From the IMG/VR virus record IMGVR_UViG_3300048625_000025, positions 1 to 64,000 of that record: a stretch of 64,000 bases of DNA; one strand, given 5' to 3'. The notes under the pieces were generated by a model. It was not told where the DNA came from, made no database searches, and was given only the letters and a program-made list of their open reading frames with translations. The translations under genes and the position numbers were made by a program. Every line of letters begins with the position of its first letter. Positions within the stretch are counted from its first letter, which is position 1. Positions 1 to 12,700 of the stretch are shown here, one piece after another. Source of the DNA: an uncultured virus (IMG/VR IMGVR_UViG_3300048625_000025). Lineage: Duplodnaviria; Heunggongvirae; Uroviricota; Caudoviricetes.

Positions 1-40
1 CAAGTAACTGGCCGTCTGTTTTATTAACTAGGTATGACAT
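1..40 (-). CDS. N-terminal fragment of a virion structural/fibre protein (runs off the window edge)
   Basis: ATG at 40 reads MSYLVNKTDGQLL, 6 nt after the stop of the preceding minus-strand gene; not in the ORF track. Confidence 0.55.
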   Translation of the reverse strand, partial: MSYLVNKTDGQLL

Positions 41-46
41 ACGTTA

Positions 47-703
47 TTATCCGATCGCGCTTAGGTTAGTCAAGGCTTGAATACGCACTGTATAGTCGAT
101 TTGAATTTTGCGGTTAAGAGCTTTTTGTACTGGGTGGAATACCACGTGAGTAAGCATTTTTCCAGCAGTACTGAACAAACCTAGTTCATCAAAAACAAAG
201 GCTTCAGTTAAGTTCTGGCTATTGTCGAACGCTGCTTGACTTGAAGGCTCGCCGTAGTCTAATAGACATGTTACTAGAATGTCTGTAAACACTTGCCCAG
301 GAATATGACGGATTTCCATCTTATTATTAGTTGGGTCTAAGTTAGCAATGCTAGTATCGTCAACGTTTTTACTAAATGTTTGATTATACAATGCAGCGTT
401 TTGACTGTTTGTGTTAGTTGGCAAGTAGTTAATAACGCCAGTTGGGTCAACACTTGTACCACCGTTACCAAAATTCATTACGTTAATGAAGTTTCCGCTT
501 TTGTCAGCTAAACTGTAGGCCATTGCTTCACTGATATTTTCGTAGTGAATAGCGTTTGGCTTATCAATAAACACTTCCCCTGTTTCTGGGTCCGAAATTT
601 TAATGTGACCGCGGATAGTCATGTTGCCTTGTTCATCAGGCTGCTTAACTACCGCAGTAACGGCATTGTTTTCTGGTTGTACGTCTGTCATATTTTTATC
701 CAT
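47..703 (-). CDS. Baseplate/tail structural protein
   Basis: Track ORF 47..730; a TAAATA box at 709-714 (minus) suggests the real start is ATG 703 or 691. FDELGL...MLTHVVFHPVQK motif; baseplate context. Confidence 0.6.
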   Translation of the reverse strand: MDKNMTDVQPENNAVTAVVKQPDEQGNMTIRGHIKISDPETGEVFIDKPNAIHYENISEAMAYSLADKSGNFINVMNFGNGGTSVDPTGVINYLPTNTNSQNAALYNQTFSKNVDDTSIANLDPTNNKMEIRHIPGQVFTDILVTCLLDYGEPSSQAAFDNSQNLTEAFVFDELGLFSTAGKMLTHVVFHPVQKALNRKIQIDYTVRIQALTNLSAIG

Positions 704-726
704 ATCTGTATTTATTGTATTCATTA

Positions 727-3700
727 TCATGGTGTATAACTTGGGCTAGCTTTAAGGAACGTTACTTCGCTTGTGGTAGATCCCTCAAATCCTGTCCCAT
801 CTGCTACGTTAGCTGTCATGTTTAACCATGATTCAGTTGTGGTACTTCCGGGAACAATTTGTTGCATACTAGCATCAACAACGCGGCTACCAGCAACATG
901 AGTTAACGGGGCGCCTGTGCCATCAACACCACGACGGATCTGACCTAACACATTATTTACAGTATCAATTGTGTAATATGTGATCTTTTCGCCGTTAATA
1001 AACACAATACCAGGATGACCCTGTTCTGCGTTAGGTGCAGGTAATACGCTAGCATTTGTTACATGAACGTTACTATCACTTAGGGATAAGTCGGCGATCA
1101 AAGTGGTTGTATTTGCATCCGTAATACGGTGATACTGCACTTGACCGTTCATGTTTTGGAACACTCTGTGCCCAAGAGTTACGGTGTTGCCAGAAATCTT
1201 AGTAAATACTGTCATCGACAATGTGTCGTATACACGTCCAGGAATCAACTCTTCAGGAGCATGGCTGCTGAATGTGTCTACGTATGCACCACCATCGATA
1301 TTAATATCTTCTGGGCGGGTACCTAATGCACTATCAAGGTAGCTACTAGAAATTGTACCATCAATCTTGCTGGTATCAGTATAATCTAAGTAACGTAGGG
1401 TTACGTTTGCACCAACGCTTTCATTTGATACTAGGGCAGTATCTAAGATCATTGTGTTTGCGCTTACGTCAACAATACCAAATACCTTGTTATTGTTAGC
1501 TGACCCAATCACTGTAATTTGTTGGTTCAATTCGTAACCTAATTCAATGAAATCAACATTTGCATTAGTGCTAATGATACTTGAGTTTGCGCTAAAGAAT
1601 GCCACAGTTGCACCAACATTGACGTTGCTTGTAAAGCTATCAAATTTGCCACCAGTTACATTTACCCCTGGATACTCGGTGCCGTCGATTAGCATAGAGA
1701 CCACACGAGCTGGCATACCAACACCTGGCTGATAGTAGCCCATTATACGATCGTTTGCTCTGATTAGTGCGTTACCAGCATTAACAACTTCAAACAAACT
1801 AGAATCAAATGTTGCATGAGTGTTTGCATTTGCAGCCACTGGCTTGTAAATGATATTGTTGTATGTAACTAAGTTGCCACTTGCTAGCCAGATGTTACCT
1901 GTACCTGTACCAGTTGACACCGTTGCAGAATACGCTGTATTTGCAGCCCAGTCCACTACGTTGCTTGTAAAGTTAGTGCGGTCAAATTTAATAGTTGTAT
2001 CAAATGTACGCACTGTATTGTAGCTGCTGGCAGGATCTGGCTTAAAGAATACGTTCTTTAACTTAGGTACAAGAATTGCACCAGTACCGTTACCGTTAAC
2101 AGTAACAACCGGAGGAGTAGTAAAGCCTGAACCAGGACTAATAATAGTAACGCTTGCAACGTTTCCGTAAGTGACGTTAATTGTTGCATGTGCAACTACG
2201 CCTGAACCATTGCCGCCCGATACTTCGACGTTCGGAGTCAATGTATAACCAGTACCACCATTTGCGATGTCAATTTCGACTACGCTATAGGTGTGATTGT
2301 TATTCCAGTCTGCATAATTTGCAGTAGTTAACAACTCAGCGTCGGTTGTGTATGTGCCGTCTGGACTGCGGAATGTACTAGACACTGTGTCGTAGTACGA
2401 CGGCAAGTCAAAGTCTGTTGCACCTGCGTGTAGGTAATCAGTACCTCTGTATAAAGGTACGTATTCACGGATTTGTGTGCGATATGGCTTAACTTCGTTA
2501 ATGTAGTCTTCGTAGAATGTTTGGTTGTCTTTAACATAGCTAGGGTATTGCACAAGATCACGAATCTTGTGTAGTACACGGATAAAGCTGGTCTTAAAGA
2601 TCCAATCAGTGGACTTTTGTTCGCTGAAAATATAGTTCACTAATCCAAAGAATAGCTTGTTAAATTCAACCTTAATTTCCTTAGTAAAGATGTCATTGTA
2701 CACACTATCAAAGATGTAGCGAACTTCTTGGTTAGGGTTTTGGTCGAATCGAACAGTGTCAAAGTTGTCGTTGTCGAACGCCATGTTACCTGATTCCAGG
2801 TCATAGATGCTGCTTGACAACTCGATAGTTCCATCTTGGATACCCACTTGAGTTAACGATAAATCGCTAGCAACACGGTAGTACACAAATCGTCCAGCAC
2901 CATTGTCGTTCAACTTGATAGTGTCGCCTGCTGTTAAAGCTAGCTTATCAAGTTGGTAATAACGATCAATGGTGTGTGTTGGCTTTTGAGTGTAGTCAAA
3001 ATCAGTTGCATACCAATCAATCTTTGTCCAGTAGATGCTGGTGGCAAAACTTTGAATTCTTACTAAGAACCAGCTTTGAGTTGCAGAAATCCATTTAAAG
3101 ATTGTCCATAAGCCACTATGCTCACTGTCAGACTCAATTAAGATCTTATAGCCATCAGCAAGAGCTGATGTTACAATGTAATCTAATTCAATGCGCTCTG
3201 CAATCTTAGCATCCCATTCGCCTGTACCAGCAGCCGGAATTGGCGCCCCTGCTTCTAATGTAGAAATGTCTCTGCTGTCAACAATCGGGTACAATGCAAA
3301 AATACTGTTTACGTATTTTACAAAATTCTCTAGTGCTGCTAAACGATCCACGAACATAGTTTGGCGAGGACGAATATCAATACCTACCTGTGCAACCGCA
3401 GTTAGCTCCGGATCTGGTACTACTAATCCCGCACGGTCAAGCCCAGATAAACTGTCTTGCATCTTGGTAATAATACGAGTCGGAATTGGTGTCGCATCGC
3501 TGTTCTCTTCAACTAGCTGATATTCGCTATGAATAATGTTTGTGCTAGTTGCAGGGCTGTAATCAATATGCAACACTGCGTCTGTTCCTGTTAAGAACGA
3601 GTTCACGTTGTACAAACTAATTGCATTTTTAGCCAATGCAGCAACATAAGAGATCCCTTGGTCTTTTGGATTCTTAATAATTTGTTGGATTGTGCTTACA

Positions 3701-6700
3701 CTGTTTGTTCTGTTAGTTTTGATAACATCAACAGTGGTTTTATCACTTACCCAGAAATAATACAATGTCTTAAACAAGCCAGTTGCTGCATCAACAAATG
3801 TATAGCTAACAAATGCGCCGTTTGAGTCATCTCTAGGAATTCCGTTGCCGCCACTTTCAACATACTTGCTTGGCAATACGCTGCTCTCAACCCACTCGTA
3901 TACCTTAACATTGCTGCCAGGGAACATATCACCCCAGTGCTTGCTACGGTACACAATATCACCTTGTTCGTAATCAATAAAACGCATTTGATCTGTGTCC
4001 CACCATGTCTTGCCAACTTGTGCATTTGTCCAGTGGAATGTTGTATCAAACTTACTAGTAGGGCCAGTGTCGACACCAGTACCGTCGTTGTAAATTGCTG
4101 GGTCAGTTATGCTTGCATAATCAATGTCTTGTTGTGCAACACCCAACAACTTGCCTTTAACTGGATCAAAGTAATCTAGTCTAGCAGTAATGTTCTGTGT
4201 CTTTGTGTTATAGATGTACAACTTGTCAATGCTGTTTGGCTCAACACGAGTTTCATTGAAACGAATCAAGTCCCACCCTTGTGTGCCCATTGTGTTTTCA
4301 AACGCATAGATGCTACCGCCACGTGCAGTAATTGAGTAATCATTGATTGCGCCAGCAACAATGTAATTACCAACAATGTCAATTGACGCACCAAAGTTAA
4401 AGTTGTCATCAAGTGCCGGTGCCTGCAACTGTTGTACGTAAGCAAACAATGCTGGATTATCAATTGATTCAAATGGGTTGTCCATCAAATCGTAAATGTA
4501 TACCGCACCACTGTTGGCAATAGCATCCTTAAAGTTCAAGCTACCAACGTCAAATGTCGTTTCGGTTGAATCAAACGATGTTCCGTTGATAGTCTTAGCA
4601 CCTGTGCTACCAATAGCCAATGTTGTGGCATTGTCGCTAATAGCAAGAGCCGAACCAAAGAATTCGTTTTCATTGCTCATTGGGTGTGTGATAGTTTGAG
4701 TCTGAACAAAGATTGTTAGTCCCAAATCAACTAATGCTGTTCCTGTTCCAGGAGCCAGTGTAGTTCCGCTGCCCGGCAATACGTCTAGTTTATTACTCTT
4801 AGTTAACACACCAATGTTGTTAAACGAAGTAACACGAGCAGACACAATCTTCAAGTGACCGTTGTCATCAAATGCTGTAATACCGGGAATACCAGCACCG
4901 TTAATCTTACTAACAACGTGCGCCAATGTATTGCTAGTGAACTGAATTTCAACTGTGTTAACACGGATACTGTGACCTGGCGTAACTGTTGGATTAGCTA
5001 CTGTACCAATAATGGATCCGTATAGACGACCTTGGTTTGCAAAGGTGTATACTGCGCCGCTTCTGTAGTACGGCAAGTTAAAGTACGGAGCACTAAAGTA
5101 AATCTTAGTAGTGTCTGGACTAATAACTACCTTTGTACCAAAGCGTTGACCATCAGTTGCAGTACTGCTAGACAATGTTTGAATCAAGTTAAACTGGTTA
5201 GTCTCAATGTTAATCAATGTACCTGCTGTCGGAGCTACTACAAATTGAACGTTGTTACCGACGATATTGTAATCAACTCCTGCAATTTGTTCTACATTAT
5301 TTGCTGTTACTCTGCGTGTGCTACCGATTTGTCGCACAGGGATAAATGTGTTATTCGACCCGTTTGCATAGAAGCCTTCAACCATACGGTCATATACGTA
5401 GCCCTTACCAGCATTAGCAACGCTGCCGACTGTTGCAGTGTTTGCACCAATTGCAATTTGATCTCCTGCAGGGTTACATGCAACGCTAGTACCAAACCCG
5501 TTGCCCTGAATCCATGTATCGATTAACTTGTAACGAGAGTGTACTGTTACTAGGATTGGGCCAGCCGCAGGCGGGGTGGCCATGCCGTTAACTAAGAATC
5601 GGATCTTGTATGTTCCACTAACGTCGATAATTGTAAAATCAACGTTAGGAACTAACGTCGTATCACCGTTAACTAGCAGCTCACTTGGATCTGTAATTGT
5701 TTGATTAGTTAATGTAAAGTCATTATTGCTACCAGTGGCTGCAAGAGTTTGGATATTAGTAGAATCAGCAAACAATCCATAAGCATACACTTTTCCTGCG
5801 CCCGGCGCACCAATGTACAACCAGTTACCATTCTGACTAACTGCAAGACTTGCGCCAAATAAGTCGTTTGCTTGTCCAGTTGGTACCGTTATGACTTGAC
5901 TCATTGACACGCCAGTTGCTACGTCTACAGAGTATACGTACACATAACCAGTGTTTGACAAACTTCTTGGGGCTGCAATTACAAACGATCTATCGCTAGC
6001 ATCAATTACTTGTCCGAAGCCGCTAGTACCTGTGCTACCAACTACGAAATTACTGTTTTCTAACCATTCGCCATCGGTTGTCTTTAAGAAGATCGCTGCT
6101 CGACCGGTGCCGCTATTTGGAGCGCCAGCAAACATAATCTTACCATCGCTTGAAATTTTCAAACTTTGACCAAAGTTGTCTTGGCCCTGGTATTCACTGC
6201 TGTTTAGATAAATCTTAGTTGCAGATTCCCATGGGCTAGTTTTATTGTAGACTCCCCAGTTACCTGCTGCATCCAATGTATCAACCCAGACTTTGTCGTT
6301 CTGTACCCATCCGTATGGCGGAGTATGTGAGTCGATTTCTGTTGGGTTTGCCATACGACCACTTGCTAACTTAAATAAAATTCCGTTACCCGACACTGTC
6401 TGTAACTGACTTAGTAGTTTGTAGTTTTGGCGCAATCCAATTGTGAAACTGTTAATTCCATTAATGGCATACACTTGGTAGAAGCCATCAAATCTATCAT
6501 CAAATCTACGAACTGCAACAATATCACCGATTGATAAATTGTGCTCTGCACTTGTGGTCACTGTTGCGTAATTGTTGATGCTGTATGACAATCCTGTGAC
6601 CGCACACTCTGTTTCGCTTACTCGGTAAACATCCCAGTCTCCGCTAAACCCTTTTGCAGCCCAGATAGTAAATCCAGTACCAATTTTGTTTAACACGTTT

Positions 6701-9700
6701 CCAAGGTCTGCAAAATTTTGAATGTCAAAAATAGTAGCATCTACGTCATCAATGTTTACATAACCAGCAGTTGGATAGCCCACGTCATCGGCAGTTGACA
6801 CATAATCACCAAACATGTCGGGAGTGTGAGTTAAAGAACTTCTGTATACTTCTCGAGGGTAGTAATGTGCTACTCCACGCAATGGAACTTCATTATCTTT
6901 TAGAAGCTGTATCGGTGCAGGATTGTTAGTTATAATCGCTTCGTCGAGTTGCAATTCAACAAAACGATCGCTATCAGTTGCGCCGTATTCGCCGACACGC
7001 AATGCCCACTCTTCTGATACGGTAATCTCGTTGCTAATGTTAGCTAGCTGCGCTTGCGCCAATGCAAGGATCGCGTTCTTTGTACCTTTTTGCTTAATAT
7101 ACCCTTGGTAGAATTTGCTTTGTGTTTCTACATCAAGTGCTAAGTCAGTTAAGTACTGACGCTCTCTGAATCCAGTAATACCGTTGCTATAGAAGTTTAG
7201 TTCTTCATCAACTGGTTGATTGTTAATGTCGTAGATAGATTCAAATTTTGCAGCGTTAGTAGCAAAGTTAGGCAACAGACCAGTCTTGATGCTGTTCTGG
7301 TCAATTTGCTTCCACTGTTTAATATCAAACAAATCAGCCGCAACTACTTTGCCTAATGCAACATAGTAACTATTCTTGTATGAAACTAACGAACCTTTTT
7401 TGTAGTCCTTGCCTTGTTGCCATTCATCAACTTTGTTGTTGTTGTAGATGAAGCCAGCCGGGTTAAGTGCTCCAGACCAATCAGCAGTCTTGCTACCAAT
7501 TAGTTTCAAGCGGTATTGTCTGTTACCAGTGTCTGGACTATAGATAATATCGTTAAACGAAGTCTTGTTATCAAATATTAATACATGTTCGTACTGCACT
7601 AGGTGCAATTCCGCAAACGCAATAGTCTGACCTTTAGTGGTTGAGATATTAAATTTATTGTCTTCGCGGATCACTGAGAATGCACTAGGTTTAATTACAC
7701 TAAAGTTAGGATCCATTACTTTAGATCCTGTTGGCAAGTTTGTGATCTCGTCCACTACTGTGTTAGTTGACTTTACTGACAACGATTGGTTAACTGGACT
7801 CAAGATGATAACATTACCAGCTTGCCATCCTTGTTGTGCCCAAGTTAAAAATTCTCGTGCGCTCAATATCCAATCTTGCTTTGCACCTAAGTCATTATCA
7901 AATTCTGTAAATACAAAACCTTGGCTTTGTAATTGACGTTGGTAGCTTACCAAGAAGTCAACTACTTCTTGTGTTGTTTTAAATTCAAATCCGTACGGAA
8001 CACGTACACGAACTTTCTGATAGTCTTTGTATATTACGCCTCTTGCTTTACCAGCAGTAATCGTATAGGCGTTGTTATTAGATAGGCTAGGTACGATTGT
8101 AAAGTAAGGGCTGCTTAGGTTGTAGCCGCTTACTGTGTAACCATTCTGACTACGCTCAACAATAACTGCACTGTACGCAATCTTATTAGTAGGAACTGAT
8201 TTAAACAGTTCAACGCGATAGTTATCGTCAGGGATAATAATACTGTCACTAGTTGAGTTTGGGCTACCTTGTTCCGCTAGCAAGTTAATATAACGCTTGT
8301 CTGTAAAACCTGCTGCTTTGTAGCTCAACTGTACGTTTAAGTTTTTCAGGTAAGTTTTAATTTTAGCCTGCGGTTCGCCGATGCCTAAGTTCTTTAGGTA
8401 ATCGCTAATCCAGTTAACATATCCAGCAGTGCGTTGGATATTGCCATTGGAATCTACTGCACCGTTTACTTCTAAGCTAGTAGGAGTAAGGTGTTGGTTA
8501 CCTGGGCTTACTAGGTATTGTGCAATGTTATTATTGTACTTGTAACGGTCAATGTTAGCAAAGTTTGAGAAGAAGTAGGCAGGCTTTAACAGAGCCAATG
8601 TTTGCATTAAAACAAACGGATAATCGCTGCTACGGCGCCATGCAGTTTCAACTGGGCCAAAATCGCCCACTGCATAGCTCGAGTTTGCCTTCGAACTATC
8701 AAAATCTAGTACTGCAAATTTTTCAGGGCTGCGCAAATTACCGTTGTCATCTACGGGGATAATATTCAATAATCCAGGACGAGCAAACTCAGCGTAGATA
8801 CCTGCACGGTCTCCTGCATGGATATAACCTAAACTCAAGTCTGTCCATAGTACTAAGTTACCACCTGTGTATGGTGCGGCACCGTAACGGTCATCCCAGT
8901 AATCTGGCTTCTCGGTGAAACCTAACATTTCCCATGGATGTGTGTGAGGACGATCTGTATCGTAGAAATAATCAAAAATTGCTCTCCATGTGCCCGGTAA
9001 GTAATCACCTGTTAGCACATCTTTGAAATTTTTGTAGTTCCAAGTCCAAGGATTGTTACTTTGGAAATAGTTATTTGTAGTGTAGTCAAGTCTGTTGTTA
9101 CCAACCCAGCTCAAGAAATTTGAGCTTAACACTTGGTTAAATTCAGCTAGGCTGTAATCTGTTACACGGAAACGTCCAGGGAATTGGCTTCCTGCTTGCA
9201 CAACCAATGGTGTCAACTCTTGCTTAATGTTGTTGTAGATTCTACGTTCAAATTCAAGCAAGATAGCATCGCGGTAATCACCAAACGCAGGTGTAATGCT
9301 TCCGTCGTGTCCTTGGATTACATCAACTGGACCACTAGCAAATGTATCGTCGGAATAGATCATCGGAACCGATGAAGTCCACATACCCATCTTAGATGGT
9401 GTTTCAGGAATATAGTTACCGTCGGTATTGCTATATTCTACGATAGTGATAATGTCGTTGTAGTTTAAGTTGAACGAATCAACCACAGTGATAGTAGGTC
9501 TGTCACTGTTAAACACATAGTCTCGACCTTTAACTAGCAATTCTTTTGTGGTTGCACCGTTAACTGTGCGAGTCAAATATACCAGCACCGCAAGATTGCT
9601 TAACTCAGTATCATTAAAGATCTTAGTTAATTCGTATTCACGAATTCGTGGATCTAATACAGTATACAATGGCAGAGTAGTTTTGTTTTGTCCCCACGGA

Positions 9701-12700
9701 GCCATATCGCTATAGTACCAAGGGAAGTTGGAGTTCTTTACTGCATTGATTGTACCAATGATAGTATCAAGAGAACCGGCAATGTCGTTTACATCTATTT
9801 CAATTTGAGTTGATAGCTCAAGGATTTTATTCTTGAACTTGGCATATTCTTTTTGTGCGTTACGTAGTCCGTCAACAAAATTCATTGTCCCGTCAACTAA
9901 GAACAAGCTGCTGTACACCACTGGGCTAGCATGTTTTAAAATGTTGCCACCATTGGCTTTGATGTTGATGTCTCGTAGGTTGTTATTACCTGGTACTGTA
10001 CCAGTTACTGATTGAGAATTTTGACTTAACGTAATCAAGTGATTACGAATTTGTCCCAATGTCAATGATGTAAAGTTTCCGTTTAGTGAGTTATTATCTA
10101 AGTTAGATGGAACTTGGTAGTATCCTAACTTACTAACACTGCTGCTATAGATTAACAAGTCAACGCTATCACCGACTGCCAACAATGTTGGGTTAATCAA
10201 TACTGCATATCGTGCGCCAATTTGTGTTAATCCAAAGTTAGTTACATCAATTACTTTACTGTTTACAAGAACTTTAACGTTAGGAATATCCGCGCTTGGG
10301 TTCGGCAATATGTCAATTTCAAACAAGTTATTAGTTCCATCAGCAGTGTGACGAATAATCTGATATTGCTTGCTTTTCTCTGTTGTCTTTGTCCAGATGT
10401 TTGTAGTATCGTGTGTATCAATTGCAGTTGTTACATGTAGATATCCAGTGTTAATGCTCTCAACTTTAGTTGATGGACTAACTAGGTATGTAAACGTGTC
10501 AACATCAAAGTTGTTTTCGTATTGAATATCACCCACGTTGTTAAACGTACGGTAGCTTAATGGGAATCCAAGCACTAGGTCATTTGCGCCTGTGCCTGGC
10601 TTATAAGAAAATAACTTGGTACCTGCAAAGCTGGTGTTAACATAATAGTTTGTATCACCAAAGCTGTTTCCTGCTTCGTCGTACATATCAAACAACGGTG
10701 CTTGGTTTACTGCTGTTTTTTGTTGGGCAGTGTGCCAGCTTGTGCCATCATACCAGATTTCTTTTCCAGCACTTGTGCCGCCAGTCACTAATAGGTTATT
10801 ACGGGCAACAATCTCTGCATCGTCTGCCTCAACAATGTTACCGATGTATTGTTGGACGTTAATGTTTTCACTAATGTCTACAATTTTAAACACATAAATT
10901 TTACTTCTAACAGTTGGACTCGAATCGTTAGAGAAAATTACTCTATCGCCGTGTGTTAGTGTCAGTGTAATACCACTGTTGGTTACAGTTAATGTAGTGT
11001 CGTTGTCTGTGGCTTTGTTTTCAATTTGAGTGTAAGCATTGGTAATGCTAGTATCAAAAATGTCAATTGGGTTCTTGGCAACAAAACCGTAGTTAAACAA
11101 TTGAACGTCTGGTTCAAATTCAATGATAGAACGGCTTGCTCTTAGACTTTGATCTAAGACTAAGTCTTCGTTGTTGTATGCTGCGGTAGCTTTTAACACG
11201 TCAACGTGGAACCAGCGATTGCTACGGCTCCATGCGTTAACACTTAAACTGCTACGGTTAATGGTCAAATAATCGTGAGTGGACAAGTTTGGTAGCTCAG
11301 GTGCAATCAATGCCGCAACCGGAACCAATCTAATGGCAGACCCAACGCCTTCAACATAGTATTCGTTATCTGCGTACCCGTTAATTGCTGTAGTATCAAA
11401 TCTAATACGAAGTCCGTTAGTAAACACTACACCAGTTGGACTAATGTACGACTTCTGTCCTACAATGTCCGACGCTGGATCAATTACTGCACTTGCTGGG
11501 TCTACTAGAGAAATAATACCAGCTGACAATCCGCTCAATGAGTTTTGATAGAACAATGTCTTCAACGGAGCAGTTAATAATGGTACTTCTTTATAGAATC
11601 CAGTGTAGTCAAGGAAGAAGTTCTTGCTTGCATTTGTATTACCAGACTTAATGTAAACACGTTCGTTCTTGTTTACGATCTCTGCTGGCACCAAAGTGAT
11701 GATGTCAGTGTTTTGATCCACTTGTACTTGCCAAGTTTTAGAACGGTCGGCGGTTGGAACTACATCGTTATTTGTTAGTGCGCTAGTCCAGTAGTATTCG
11801 TCGATGTTACTACCAACAAAAATAATTCTCTTACCGTTAATTGCAGCAGAAACACCATCAAAGCCATTAAACTGAGAGATAAAGTCTGCAGAGGTTGCAC
11901 CATTGATGTCTCTGAATGCAATAGTAGTAGCATAGTCAACACTTTGTGACAATGGCATATCAGTGTAACGCGATTGACCGTTTGGTTGCGGTACAATAAA
12001 CTCAACTGATCCTGTTGTGGCTCCGTTGTTTGCTACGCCAAGAACTTGTCGCACGTTAATGTTTGGGTGGTCGCTGTCAAATCCACTAGTGCCGGGTTTA
12101 GCTTGGATCCAGAATTCGCCAGCCTTAACGTTAAAGGTGTACTTGCCACCGTATGCTAGTGTAATGTTTGGGTTGTTATCTGCGCCAGCTTTACTTGCGA
12201 AGTTGTATGCACCGGTAGTAGAATCAATTGTTACATCCCAAGAGTATTCAGTTGGTACACCGCTGGCACTGATCATAACAGACTCAGGGCCATTTTCAAT
12301 CCAGTAGTACTGCGAGAAGTTAATAAACTTGTCAAAGTCAAACTTACCGTCAAAGCTGTACATTTCATTAGAGAACAAACGGCTATGGTTGTCAACATTA
12401 CCACCGTAAAATTTAATCTTGTTAATTAAATCAACATAGCTGCTATAAAAATCAACAGTGTCAGTTTGTGGGTTAACGATTACAGTACTTGGCTCAAGTT
12501 GATAGTTTTGACGAGCTGCATCAATTTCGCTGATGTAGCTGTCAGTTGTTTTAAACGTCGGCGCAAACTTTCTACCAATGTATCCATTGACCTTTTTAAA
12601 ATTAGGTTCACTAATTAATTGGTCTAGGGTCGCGTTAAGAAATTTCTTGTTTGTATCGGTCTGAAAAATCTCAGGTAAAAAGTTAATTGTTTTTGTAGCT